DNA of 63,939 bases, filler included, from Octopus bimaculoides (GCF_001194135.2; 7 parts of 6 records of this genome joined end to end with filler, not necessarily neighbours in it), one strand, 5' to 3'. Counted from the whole stretch's first letter, positions 25,356-38,430 are shown. The notes: generated from the sequence alone by a model not told the origin. Translations and numbers: made by a program.

Positions 25356-25447
25356 AATTCCTAAACATGTTTCAAAATAAATGAGAGCTCCTTCACAAGG
25401 AAGTAAGAGCTGTTGGGATTCCTCATATATTTCTCTTCAGGGAGTTC
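25356..25447 (-). ncRNA. Degenerate type I hammerhead fold
   Basis: Minus strand: gaactcc-CTGAAGA-gaaatatatgag...ctcatttatttt-GAAA-CATG-TT-taggaatt; 11 of 12 stem II pairs, ACATGT palindrome, stem I out of register by 2 nt. Confidence 0.5.
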
Positions 25448-26200
25448 ATAATAAACATATAATAGCAAGATAAAAACGAAATGATGAGGTAACTTACGAG
25501 CAAAGATGTTACATGGTCAGTGACCGTTAGAACGTTTGTTTACATAGAGATATAAAGGGATCAATGATATTATTCCATGGGCTTTAGGAATAAGAATGCT
25601 TGTTTACATAGAGATATAAAGGGAGGGGGTTGTAAACGTGATGCTAAAGGTTAAACTCAGTGAGTTATTGAAATAGGGGGAGAAAGACAAATATGTTGTA
25701 GTACTGTTAAATTTGAAAGAGCGTGAGCTAATTGCTGAGTCAAAAACGGAGGAAGGGAGGGAACTAAGGGAATACATCATATAAGGGAAACTAATAACAT
25801 ATTTATATGTAGTGAAGAAGGTGAATAAAAATAAATGAAACATCGTAGCCTAGTGATATATTACACTATTGTACGGATATTAACGCTTATTAATGGTAAA
25901 GCAGGGTACAGGATATTTATTTGAGAAGTAATAAAGATAATAACATACACGTTAACAAGAAGAATAAAAATACTTAGTTGAAGTCACCAGAGGTACGAAC
26001 AACAACCTGTGCGGCATTACTAAGAAGAAATAACTTAGCTAACTGTAGATGGGGAAATAAAGCACTAGTAGTGAATGAGGCAGAAGTATATATATTTTAT
26101 ATATATATATATATGTATGTATACATACACACACACACACACATATACACACCTTCACATACATTCCTGTATATATACATACACCCCCCACACACATGTA

Positions 26201-26262
<62 letters not shown>

Positions 26263-26267
26263 TACAC

Positions 26268-26681
26268 ATGAGGATGAGGTCTCTGTAGCAAACTTTCTGG
26301 ATGTTACCTTAGACTTACATAGTAATACTCACTTTCCATTCCATAAACCTTCAACTAATCTCAAGTACATAAGCCCCTTTAGTAACCATCCAAGACATAT
26401 AACCAGTAATTTGGTTAGGAATATCTCAATTAGGCTTTCCAAACTTTCTTCTAACTCCCAAATTTTCAATAAGGAGGCTGACTTCTATAATTCAGCCTTA
26501 TTAAGGGCTGGCTATAAGGAAAAGGTGAGGTACATCAACTCTTCTAGTGATCTTTCTCCTTCTACACAACATGATACCCCCTTTACTAGCGTAGATGAAC
26601 CCATTTCTATTCCTTCCCATTCTTCTCACTTTACTGAGAAAGTGGGTCATCCTCTTAACTCACATAAGAGAAGTGCCCCAA
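26268..26681 (+). mobile_element. Penelope-like element, RT C-terminal/thumb fragment
   Basis: [10 protein letters not shown]...[18 protein letters not shown]...[28 protein letters not shown]. Confidence 0.88.
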
Positions 26682-26725
26682 NNNNNNNNNNNNNNNNNNN
26701 NNNNNNNNNNNNNNNNNNNNNNNNN

Positions 26726-26737
26726 TTAATTAATTAA
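26726..26737. other. Artificial scaffold linker (N44-TTAATTAATTAA-N44)
   Basis: Palindrome with TAA in all six frames, centred in a 100-base block; identical at six sites. Confidence 0.95.
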
Positions 26738-27114
26738 NNNNNNNNNNNNNNNNNNNNNNNNNNNNNNNNNNNNNNNNNNNNATACTTATACATATATATA
26801 TATGCACATATATATATGTACATATATACATGTACATATATACATGTTCATATATATATACATATATATAGATACATATGTACATATATATATATTTACA
26901 TATTTATATAAACATATATATACATATATATATACATATATATATATACATATATTCAAATGAGGTTTGCTAATTTTTCACCCAATATCTCGCTTATTTC
27001 TATTTAAAATGTTATTTTGAAATGTTATTTTGATCATTCCAGCGTGTTTCTAAGACTGTTTTATGCTAGAAATCAAAGTTTCATTTAAAAAATTCCAGTT
27101 AATAGAATTATGAG

Positions 27115-27480
27115 AGGTAATGGGTTAAGATTGGTTGAGGGTTTGTGGTATGGGAAGTACGAATTATTGTGTAAGTTAAGTGTAATATCTAAAAAGTTAG
27201 CTTTCGTTACATTACCATCAAAAACGATGCCTAAGCCCATTCTACGGAAAAACTTAACTAAACTAATCTTAGCCTTTTCTACTTTTTGGTTAGAAAGATT
27301 TTGAAGGTAGAGTAGTCACGATATAGACCTCCATTGATGCTTGGGAACTGGTCTGCCATTTCATAAAGTATATACCTACCAAATCAGCTATTTGTTCTGA
27401 ATCAGAACTTCCCATCGTGACATCAAAACCATCACGTGTATCTTTACGGACCCACAGCTTGTTATCAAAGTGGACATCTA
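27115..27480 (-). mobile_element. Penelope-like element RT fragment
   Basis: FDVTMGSSDSEQIADLVG, GGLYRD and ANFLDITLNLHNNSYFPYHKPSTN in broken frames. Confidence 0.88.
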
Positions 27481-27897
27481 CGGTCGAACCACAAAAGAAA
27501 AGAATGTTCTCTAAGGGAATTCAGCGAATTATGTTCTCTAACCGGCTACAGTTACTGCAATGAATTATCTTCTGCATAATTGTTTCCGGTATTTAGCGCG
27601 CCAGAGCTGAGACTTTTGAAAATAACTCCAATGTAATCGGTAGAATTGTACACATGTCTAATTTTATGTTGGACAATTCGTGTATTGTTCTGCAAATTAT
27701 ATTGAATTGAAGGTTCGTACTGATGAGCCACGGATGGGTTGTGTAAGTAAAAATTACATTAATCCATCAATGTGCGAAACCTAGTCTACGATTAATTCTT
27801 TATTTACTATATTTTCATTTGTCTTGCCCGTTCATGTTCTGGTTTGCGCTGAATTCCCCTAGAGAACATTCTTTTCTTTTGTGGTTTGACCGTAGAT
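27476..27897. repeat. Inverted repeat pair (27476-27526 / 27847-27897) enclosing a hammerhead; pLTR-like
   Basis: atctacggtcgaaccacaaaagaaaagaatgttctctaagggaattcagcg and its reverse complement, with 2 mismatches. Confidence 0.85.
27715..27791 (+). ncRNA. Type I hammerhead ribozyme with intact core
   Basis: tcgta-CTGATGA-G[long stem II]C-GAAA-CCTAG-TC-tacga; perfect 5-bp stem I, G10.1-C11.1 pair, GUC site at 27786. Confidence 0.78.
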
Positions 27898-27947
27898 GAT
27901 CTATCTCTAGCATAAAGGATGTCCACTTAGTGGTCATCCCTTCTCAT

Positions 27948-27948
<1 letters not shown>

Positions 27949-27990
<42 letters not shown>
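27949..27990. repeat. (GATA)n microsatellite
   Basis: Direct reading; similar tracts at 31333-31424 and 52673-52702. Confidence 0.95.
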
Positions 27991-27991
<1 letters not shown>

Positions 27992-28329
27992 GTAGACATC
28001 AGCATTATGAGTACCCAGCAGTGTTTAGACATAAGCGAACTTTAGGTTCGTAATATGTTTGTGACATATTGCAACTTCTAAGGGCGAATTCACTGAAGCT
28101 ATCATGGATAAAAACTCCCTCGCATAGTAAAATACTGTAAAGACATATCTGTCCCTGTCGGATTCTGAAACGAGTGTCGAACGGCTAAAGAGCTAGAAAC
28201 ATGTCGGCAGGGAGCAATGCTGAACAAACTTTTTTTCACCATAAAAGAGAATTTTTTTTCTCCACAGTAACTGCAGTGAATTTTGCTTTTAGAAGTTGAG
28301 ATATGTCACAGAGATATTTTAACTGAAGT

Positions 28330-28390
<61 letters not shown>

Positions 28391-28431
28391 TTGAGTTTTT
28401 ACCCGTAATTTTGGATTTTATCCCTAATATT

Positions 28432-28463
<32 letters not shown>

Positions 28464-29256
28464 TATATTTACTGTTCTGTACAGGTGAGATCAATAAATA
28501 TGTATTCCATTTGGTGAGAAAGAAATATTGTTTAATAAACACAGCATATATTTTTTATGAATTACTAATAGCCTGGTACACCAGACTTGTTATAAAATGC
28601 TCTCTGAGTCGTTTCCATAGCATGAAACTATTAGTACCTCATCAAGATATATATTGTGTTTATTAGGTGAATTAAGTTAGAGGTTGTAACACTGTCTAAG
28701 TGATACTTTATGCAATGAATTCACTGGCGTATTATCTATATTTAATCATGAGCATTGGTATTAATGCGCATAGATGATAGATAAATTAACTGACAAATAG
28801 TATCCTCTTACTGTCCAGACCTGTCCTACTCCTGACCCGGGGTTGCTTTAGGTATACTGCCTACTTATAATGCCAAGTAAAATACATACGAAATCAATAA
28901 ATAGTAAATTACAGTCAACTGTGATTATTTAGTTCTATAACTACCGGTTTTCTGATTATATTTCTTACATTTTATTTTATTTTCTGACTTAACCAAATTA
29001 CTCATATAGTTATTATGTATTTAACCCACGCCTTCCCCCCCAGTATATAGGAATGTAGGACTAAGTATTATAACTATCCCAATTCTATTTCTCAATTCTA
29101 GTCGGTCGAAAGTTTTCCAGTGGGTCAGCATGTAGCATTAATTGACTATCACAGTTCTCAATTTCTCTTTTCTCTTTTTTTAACTTTATTTTATTTACTT
29201 TTCCGCTCCGATGAAGTTCCGTGATTCAAATGGGCATAATTACTTACAATGATAAC

Positions 29257-29337
<81 letters not shown>
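29257..29337. repeat. (ATT)n microsatellite
   Basis: Direct reading. Confidence 0.95.
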
Positions 29338-29454
29338 CATTATAGCCTTTCCCTTGGATAACAGAGGTGGCGTGGAGAAGTATACGTATGTATATATATA
29401 TATATATACGTATATAGATATATACATATATATACATATATATACGTATATTTG

Positions 29455-29486
<32 letters not shown>

Positions 29487-30064
29487 TATACATATAAATA
29501 TACATATATATACATATATATATATATACACATATATATACATATAAATATATATATATATACATATATAAAATAAAACTTACTTGGAAGAGGATGCGTG
29601 GCGTTCAATCATATAATGATATAAANNNNNNNNNNNNNNNNNNNNNNNNNNNNNNNNNNNNNNNNNNNNNNNNNNNNNNNNNNNNNNNNNNNNNNNNNNN
29701 NNNNNNNNNNNNNNNNNNNNNNNNNNNNNNNNNNNNNNNNNNNNNNNNNNNNNNNNNNNNNNNNNNNNNNNNNNNNNNNNNNNNNNNNNNNNNNNNNNNN
29801 NNNNNNNNNNNNNNNNNNNNNNNNNNNNNNNNNNNNNNNNNNNNNNNNNNNNNNNNNNNNNNNNNNNNNNNNNNNNNNNNNNNNNNNNNNNNNNNNNNNN
29901 NNNNNNNNNNNNNNNNNNNNNNNNNNNNNNNNNNNNNNNNNATATATATATATGCATATATACATACGTATATATACATACGTACATCTATACGTATATA
30001 TATAAGCATATGTGTGCACAGGACGTCATGAAACGTATATATGTACATATATAAACATATTATA

Positions 30065-30692
30065 AATAAGGGAAAAGAAAAAATTTCAATGCCAATATGC
30101 TGAGAAATAGACTTTATATCGTCAATCACCACATACAATATTTTTTTCACTATAAATACCCAGCGTGCTGAAAACGAGGAAAGCAAGCTAACCGACATTT
30201 TTTAAAATTCGTTATCCCCGCATCAGACCGATTTCTTGATTAATCCATAAAGGATTCTTCCTTCGTCAGCGGAGAATACGATAATAAATAGGATAGTGAC
30301 ATACACCGACGGAAAAAGGAGATGCAAAGTCATGTGTACATTTAAGTACCCCAAATATATCTAAATAGAAATCTGTTGCAAGACTCAACACACGTAAAGT
30401 GGTCACCAGTTCCGAAGTGAATGGTAATAAATTGACTTCTGATATAGGGTAAAAATTGTTTTCAAAAAATGTCATCAGTGACCAGTATATTAAAATACCT
30501 TTTAAGGTGAAAATTATAGACAATTATGAATAAGGGCAAAAGAAAAAGTTTCTATGCCAATATGCTGAGAAATAGACTTTACATCGACAGTCACCACATA
30601 CAATATTTTTCACTTTTCACTTTAAAAGGTATTATATTATCCTGGCGTCCGATGAAATTTTTTGAAAAAATGTTTATCCTATATCAGAAGTC
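30065..30692. repeat. Interleaved diverged direct repeat (~30065-30150 / ~30528-30612) and inverted repeat (~30435-30520 / ~30612-30692)
   Basis: tgccaatatgctgagaaatagacttta..tc...tcaccacatacaatatttttt twice; gacttctgatatagg...aaggtgaaaa vs ttttcactttaaaagg...cctatatcagaagtc. Confidence 0.8.
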
Positions 30693-31333
30693 TATATATA
30701 TACACATATATACATATATATATATATATTTGTTTTGCAAGATTTTTTATGTGAAATCGTGTGTTGAAACAGATGTTGTACTNNNNNNNNNNNNNNNNNN
30801 NNNNNNNNNNNNNNNNNNNNNNNNNNNNNNNNNNNNNNNNNNNNNNNNNNNNNNNNNNNNNNNNNNNNNNNNNNNNNNNNNNNNNNNNNNNNNNNNNNNN
30901 NNNNNNNNNNNNNNNNNNNNNNNNNNNNNNNNNNNNNNNNNNNNNNNNNNNNNNNNNNNNNNNNNNNNNNNNNNNNNNNNNNNNNNNNNNNNNNNNNNNN
31001 NNNNNNNNNNNNNNNNNNNNNNNNNNNNNNNNNNNNNNNNNNNNNNNNNNNNNNNNNNNNNNNNNNNNNNNNNNNNNNNNNNNNNNNNNNNNNNNNNNNN
31101 NNNNNNNNNNNNNNNNNNNNNNNNNNNNNNNNNNNNNNNNNNNNNNNNNNNNNNNNNNNNNNNNNNNNNNNNNNNNNNNNNNNNNNNNNNNNNNNNNNNN
31201 NNNNNNNNNNNNNNNNNNNNNNNNNNNNNNNNNNNNNNNNNNNNNNNNNNNNNNNNNNNNNNNNNNNNNNNNNNNNNNNNNNNNNNNNNNNNNNNNNNNN
31301 NNNNNNNNNNNNNATATATGTATGTATATATAT

Positions 31334-31426
<93 letters not shown>

Positions 31427-31599
31427 GATATACATATAGATATACATATATATATATATATTTGTTTTGCAAGATTTTTTATGTGAAATCGTGTGTTGAA
31501 ACAGATGTTGTACTTGGGGATGGTCATATTGCCAGTTTAGCCAATAAAAACACACGCACTGTATATTTGGTGTTAATTTGCTTCAGCTTTATATTACAT

Positions 31600-32480
31600 T
31601 AATCTTAACCTTAATCTTATATATATAAATGAGATGTATTAGTATCTAGAAGACTAAACTTTAAGAACTTAGCTAAATCCTTATTTAATATATTAAACTC
31701 CAACTTCTCTCATCAACATAAAAGAATATTACTCTATCTTTAATAGATCTACCCTGAAGCTATCCTATTCCACCCCACCCAACTTCCAGTCTACCATAGT
31801 AGCCTCAAATAAACAAAAGCTTTCTCTCTACTATTAAAACTCATACAATAACTCTGAATACACGAGCACTCAACATATACACAGCTCCAGCATTGAACCC
31901 CATACGTTAGACTACAACCATAACCCAACCTATCTTACTAACATTATCCAGAATACTACCAAAACTTTCACCACCGTTACAGAATAATTACCAACAACGA
32001 TAGCAATAATAATGGTAATATTAATAATACCGTTCTATCCCCATCTCTAACCTCTACTCTGAGAGTTAGTACCTCCCCCATTCCTGAAATTAATCCCTAA
32101 AATATACCCACTTGTAACTGCTGCCCGGGATCCATCTGCCCTCTACAAACCCGTTGTAGATCTAATGTAATTTATAAATGCACCGTCCTCAACACATTAC
32201 ACAATTCTACAGCTATATATACAGGATCAACCATAAATTTTAAACAGTGATATGCCGCTCATCTCAATTCTTTTAGATACCTGAAACAGTAACTCCACAA
32301 CACTCACCAGTCACATCATCTCAAAAATAGAAATATTTCCTACATTTTGTCATGGTCCATAATAGATTCCGGGACTCCATACCAAGGTTAACACATAGCT
32401 TGTAAGCTATGCCTAAAAGAGGCATTCCATATATTAAAACACAACTCCTCAATACTACTAAATAAATATAAGAGGTCCTA
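31600..32480 (+). mobile_element. Penelope-like element 3' part with GIY-YIG endonuclease (degenerate)
   Basis: CNC...CPL...C..NVIYKC, IYTGSTINFKQ.YAAHLNSFR, WSII, CKLCLKEAFHI and TCNH. Confidence 0.88.
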
Positions 32481-33410
32481 GGTACATGTAACCATCACTT
32501 TTTTCATACCTTCAAATTTTACCACAAAATCTAGATGCAACCTAAATAACCACACAGCATATATCCACAACAACCCAGTTTAACTTCCCTTTATTTCCAT
32601 TTTAATTTTTAATCTTTAATTTTTTGACTCCCCTATCTTACTTTAAGGATTTCAATCATTTAACACTACATATATGGACATGCAAGCGGATACATGTGCG
32701 TGTGTGTAAATGTGTGTGCATGTATATTTGCGTATGTATGTATATGTGGGTATATGCATGTATATATATACATATATATATGTGTGTTTGTGTGTGTGTG
32801 CATATGTATATACAAATGCATAAAGTGTGTGTATGTGNNNNNNNNNNTATCACAGTAACCTATACAATCGGATACGTCTATTTATAGAAATTTGACATCC
32901 TTGTATCCTTCCCTCCACTTTAAATTTTACTACTAAAACTACTACTCACTTTGGTATCACCCCCACCTTTTCACTACCCATCCCTTATCACCCCTACTCA
33001 CATATCTCACACTTATTCACTCCTTACCTTCTCATCTCTTCCTAACTCTCCCCACCCCTCTTCTATCCTCCCCTCACATTATCTTGACCACTAACTAGCA
33101 CTCCTTTTCTCACTTCTTTCACCCTTTCTCCACTTTTTCTTTTTTCTTCACTTTTTCACATTTTCTCTCTTTTTTCTTCTTTCTCCTTTTTTGTTTTTTT
33201 CTCTCTTTTTCTCATTTTCTCTTCCTGCTTTCATTTTGACCTATTTCCTCATTCTAATCATACACATCTCTCCCCACCATCTATCCACAATTAATACTAC
33301 CAGTACACTCCCAAATTTTCATTCACACCACAAGACCCTTTCGAACGAGCAACACAGAATCCACGGCTCCATACTTTGAAATGGAACTTACATACCATGT
33401 ACAGGAAGCA

Positions 33411-33569
33411 TTTTCTTCAACCATAGCAATATAGAGATAGAAAGAATTAACAAAAAACTTCTTGAAAAATATTGGTTCATCCATTACCATTGAGGAGGAT
33501 CATAAAGGACGTTACGATCGACCTTAATACTCATTTGTATAGGTCATGTAAGTCTCATTAGGAAGTAAT
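33411..33569 (+). repeat. 159-bp inverted copy of a Penelope RT segment, flanked by 28-bp direct repeats
   Basis: Reverse complement of 34559-34717 (one mismatch seen); cttacataccatgtacaggaagcatttt at 33387-33414 and 33572-33599. Confidence 0.9.
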
Positions 33570-33904
33570 TTCTTACATACCATGTACAGGAAGCATTTTT
33601 ACCACTTCTATACACCACTTTCCTCGAGTAATGGAACTGCAACAATATCTTTACATATTTTATTTCTACTTTCATTCTTTTATTTCCCTCTATATTCCCT
33701 ATCTCTTCCTTTTCATAAAAACTCCTTACTTCGAACTCAAATATTTACCTCTATTAAACCAACTCTCATCTTTTCTGATGAAGTGATATCCATAATATCC
33801 CAGAAACAACTGTAAGATTATATCTACATCTTTTTTCCTTATAAATGTCATGAAAACTACTCACAGCCTTGGCTTTGTTACCTCATTTTGTCTAATACAT
33901 ATGT

Positions 33905-33918
33905 GCGTGTGTGTGTGT

Positions 33919-33990
<72 letters not shown>
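33905..33990. repeat. (GT)n microsatellite
   Basis: Direct reading; other dinucleotide tracts at 36056-36127 (GT), 36650-36697 (GA), 48285-48343 (CA) and 63759-63804 (CA). Confidence 0.95.
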
Positions 33991-33994
<4 letters not shown>

Positions 33995-34254
33995 CAAAAA
34001 TGGGAGAAGAACGCAAAACATCCAGACAGTTAGGTCATAGAAAAAAGGAACAAGAAAACATCCAGACAGAAGACACAAAGAAAACAAGTTTTCTTTCCTC
34101 AGTCGAGTTCCAGATTATCTTTGAAATTTCGGTTGGTTATACTCGAGATTGATCCAATCTGGCCAGCCCAAATGAAAATCTAAGCTAAGAGCACTAGATT
34201 TCTTGGAAGAAAGCAGCGAATGTATACGAAAACAAGGACGGGAGAAAAACGGAG

Positions 34255-34330
34255 AAATGGTACACAAATACAAATAACAGGTGGTACACAAATACAAATA
34301 ACAATGGTACACAAATACAAATAACAGGTG
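34255..34330. repeat. Three tandem ~24-bp units
   Basis: tggtacacaaatacaaataaca x3. Confidence 0.9.
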
Positions 34331-34558
34331 TCTTTCGACTAAAGACGAATTAAACTAAGCTGATAAGCTTTGACAGGCACAGGGAAGAATATAGATGCTG
34401 CACGGATGGTAGTCGAACTAAGAAAGAAAGGTCAGGCTTGGCCGAACACCGGTCACGTGGAGGGGGAGAGAAGAGAGAGAGGTAGAGGCTGAGGGATAGA
34501 AGAATTAAGGAGGGGCGAGAAAAAAGGAAAAGTCACAACATAAGGTGGATTACAGCAG

Positions 34559-35940
34559 ATTACTTCCTAATGAGACTTACATGACCTATACAAATGAGTA
34601 TTAAGGTCGATCGTAACGTCCTTTATGATCCTCATCAATGGTAATGGATGAACCAATATTTTTCAAGAAGTTTTTTGTTAATTCTTTCTATCTCTATATT
34701 GCTATGGTTGAAGAAAATAAATAGTGCATCGTTTCTATATAGACCACCTGCAATGTCTGAAAAATCAATCTTTAATATATTCAAAGTATAATTACCTACT
34801 AAATTTGTGACCTGCACCAAATTGCTAGATCCCATAGTTGCATCGAAATCATATAACAAATCCCTCGAAATTCAGTTTCCATCGAAATTAATAAGGGTTC
34901 TCTTATAGAATTATATCGCTCTCCTTCCTAGATAATTCGTTTCAAAAGTGTAAGGTTAATATTTTAATAGTAGCTGTCTATATATCAACTTGAACAAATT
35001 TATACCTGTTCCTATCGTTTATGCTTTTAAACCAGTCTATAACTTAGCTGTATTTAGACCATATACTGAATTCCACCTTATCTTTAAGCTCGTGAATAAC
35101 TATATATAAAATCAACTTACTTATCCTATTTATATCAGATTTAGAACGACAGACTAGCTGCACATAAGGTTTACTAACCTTAAACTTGGTTTAAGGTCCT
35201 TTAAATTAATTTTAGGAGGTTTAGTGTTATAGGCTTGTACGATCCTATGGTCTGATATCGCACACTATATTCTAACATTCTTTATCAATGTTCTTTCAAG
35301 TGGATCATGGTTCTAGTTTATATCCTTTTAGGTATAAGGTCCTTATACTTTTCGAGTTTCAATCTGTAAAGATTCCCGGTCTTACTCGCATGTACAAACA
35401 TTCCTGTTGAATTCTTTTCAATTGTCTTTCAGCTTTTTGAGAGGTCCTTGTTGAGTTTCACTAAAATTCTATTGTATTAATTATGTTTATGAGATTCCGT
35501 TTCAATCCGTGAAGAAAGGGGTTATGTAGAGGAGTCTTCCTAGATTTGAACTTTCTCTTGAACTAGATTGAAATCTCGCGGTTGTCACCTTCAGGGTGAC
35601 AGCTAGATGCATTGTCGCAATGGAAGGATGTCCCCATCTTCATCTTGTAATGAAAGTGTTGTTTTCTTTTTTAATATGAAAATTAATGTATTCCATTCGT
35701 CCGGTATTGTGACATCCTTTTAGCGATCGTTGATGCATAATTTCTCCATTCCACAAATTACACATCTCTCAAATATTTCTATTTTTTAACACTATGCATC
35801 TATAAGAGTTGCTTTCTCGAAACCAATATCTCAATCTATCAGGCTTTCTACAACGTACATGCTTTAAATATGACACGCAGATTGCTTCTGTTGCTCATAA
35901 AGAATTCGTATTCATTCTACCTGCCAACGGCGGCACCAGC
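34559..35940 (-). mobile_element. Penelope-like element, N-terminal region + RT, 3'-truncated and degenerate
   Basis: KTGNLYRL, SKSD..RISKLIL, YKFVQVDI, FDATMGSSNLVQVTNLVG and GGLYRNDAL in broken frames. Confidence 0.88.
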
Positions 35941-36052
35941 GATTTATTTATAATCCCTCTTTTACTATATCAGTAGCGACTGGTTTTGTTTTGGAATGTT
36001 TATCAGGTTTTCGATGATAAATACATTAAGTACGATACACAGATTGATATGC

Positions 36053-36127
<75 letters not shown>

Positions 36128-36648
36128 NNNNNNNNNNNNNNNNNNNNNNNNNNNNNNNNNNNNNNNNNNNNNNNNNNNNNNNNNNNNNNNNNNNNNNNNN
36201 NNNNNNNNNNNNNNNNNNNNNNNNNNNNNNNNNNNNNNNNNNNNNNNNNNNNNNNNNNNNNNNNNNNNNNNNNNNNNNNNNNNNNNNNNNNNNNNNNNNN
36301 NNNNNNNNNNNNNNNNNNNNNNNNNNNNNNNNNNNNNNNNNNNNNNNNNNNNNNNNNNNNNNNNNNNNNNNNNNNNNNNNNNNNNNNNNNNNNNNNNNNN
36401 NNNNNNNNNNNNNNNNNNNNNNNNNNNNNNNNNNNNNNNNNNNNNNNNNNNNNNNNNNNNNNNNNNNNNNNNNNNNNNNNNNNNNNNNNNNNNNNNNNNN
36501 NNNNNNNNNNNNNNNNNNNNNNNNNNNNNNNNNNNNNNNNNNNNNNNNNNNNNNNNNNNNNNNNNNNNNNNNNNNNNNNNNNNNNNNNNNNNNNNNNNNN
36601 NNNNNNNNNNNNNNNNNNNNNNNNNNNNNNNNNNNNNNNNNNNNNNNN

Positions 36649-36702
<54 letters not shown>

Positions 36703-37634
36703 CGCGTAAAAATATGGAATACCATGAAGAAAATACATAATGTAACTCGACAGTATTTCAGGATACTCAGAGTTTCATAATAATCGTAATAATCATAATT
36801 TACAGATAGAATGTGCAAAACGACCAATAAATAGTTAGGTGAAGATACCACAATAAGTCCAGCTTCCCTCATGAAGAGAATGCTGGCAAAAGCGGTTTAT
36901 ATACAAGTGATGAGATTTAGAATGTTGAAGAGAAAGAGGAGGTAATACAAGAAGAAAAGGCGGGGAAGAGAGAGGAGGGTATCTACGACGTAGAAAGGAA
37001 CGATAAGCAGTATAAAAAAAGAAACGAAAGGCAGGGAGACGGAGGAGGATTTCTACGACAAAGGTAATGAACAGAGGTAGAATAAAAGAAACAGAGAGAG
37101 GAGGGGAGAGGATAAGGTTAAGGTCAGTATGGTGAAAGAAGACGTCAGTAAAGAATCTTACTAACAGGCAATAAGGATAGCAACTGACTAGACAGAGAGA
37201 CTTGAATCGATAAACAATGAAAGAAAGAGGTAGGGTGGAAGTAGCGGAGGAGGAAGGTATACTGAGATAAGTAGGAAATGGTACAAGGAGAAAGGAGAAG
37301 GGAAACGCTGTTGGCGTAGCTAGGTAATAAATAAAGAGCTTAACTACGATTTGGAGATATCATAAAGACGTAAGGGGAAAATGGGAAATAAGATCTGTGT
37401 TTACACGAGAAGATTACATCAGAGAATCTATTGAGAAACGAGATATGATGGCGAAGAATAACGAGCAATATAACTTACAAACACGGTGGTTAGAGTTGTA
37501 CGGAGAAGTCCCAGAAACTACGGACTAGGATAAGGTATTGGGAATAGTATGGGACTTGAGGTAGCGTATATATGTAGCTAGAGAGGTAGAGAGTTTAGAG
37601 ACTTCGTTTGAAGATGTATGTACATATATATGTA

Positions 37635-37720
37635 TACAAGCATAACAGAGTGGGAGTTTTCATACACTGGAAACTATGCCAATATAAAGTAAAATACCAA
37701 CTGAAAACTGGGTATTTCTT
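37635..37720 (+). mobile_element. Small fragment of an R2-superfamily non-LTR element (RHD-motif region)
   Basis: KHNRVGVFIHWKLCQY parallels RHDNIAKYVN.RLCEKY of the copy at ~40430. Confidence 0.55.
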
Positions 37721-37729
37721 TATCCAAGT

Positions 37730-38105
37730 GCCCCGACCTAGGTTGATTCTGCTGGATCCCACTGATAACCTTTTTTCAGCCAGAGCTACGTTATTCTTGA
37801 TAGCTCGCCTTTTGCCTTTCTCCTGTAATGTCCAGAGTCCTATATGGCTTACTCAAAGTACGATCTGCAAACTCACAACTGCCAATCTTCATTTGCAAAC
37901 ACATCGCTCTCTACCCATTCTTGCCGAAATTTCCACCCACTGGTATTTGGTTCTCTTCCTTTCTTGCATCTTCTCCATCGTCTCTTTGCAGGGCACAGTT
38001 AACTCCAGTAGGATTAGCCGCTTTGTTGTCTTCGAAACTAAGATGATATTTAGTCTCAGCAGGTCTGGGTGATATTTGTTGGAAAATTTTTCCAGGCACA
38101 AGGCT
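37730..38105 (-). mobile_element. Restriction-like endonuclease C-terminus of a HERO-like non-LTR element
   Basis: HPDLL...VSKTTKRLILLELTVPCKETMEKMQERKRTKYQ fits the PD...ELTVPWE...ERKxxKY pattern; then KRRAIK. Confidence 0.72.
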
Positions 38106-38129
38106 GGATCAACGCTAGTGCTCTAATAG

Positions 38130-38430
38130 CACTTATTTTATCCACCTCGGAAGTGGAAAAAGACAAAACCGACCACGGCGGAATTTCTGCTCAGAAGAAA
38201 TGCTGCTAAGCATCTTGCTCGACGCGCTAACGATTCTGCTGGCCTTCATAATAATAATAATAATCCTTTCTACTATAGGAACGTAGCCTGAAATTTTGGG
38301 AGAGGGCAAGGTGATTACATTGATTCAAGTTCTCAACTGGTACTTATTTCAACGATTTCGAAAGGGTGGAAGGCAAGGTCGAATTCGGTGGAATTTAAAC
38401 TGAGAACGTGAAATCGGACGAAATGTTGCT
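38130..38430 (-). mobile_element. Two adjacent type B SINE pieces separated by (TAA)n
   Basis: Reverse complements of the head (gcgctaacgattctgc) and tail (tttctactatagg...actggtacttattt...gaaagggtggaaggc). Confidence 0.8.

Noticed and set aside
28150-28215. GAAACATGTCGG with CTAAAGAG upstream
   Set aside because: Core mutated and stem I out of register; at most an unrecoverable relic
28590-28655. Minus-strand TTGATGAG...GAAACGACTC
   Set aside because: C3 is missing and stems II and III do not pair
30715-31512. ~65-bp direct repeat around a gap
   Set aside because: The copies sit on either side of a 530-N gap next to microsatellites; probably an assembly overlap
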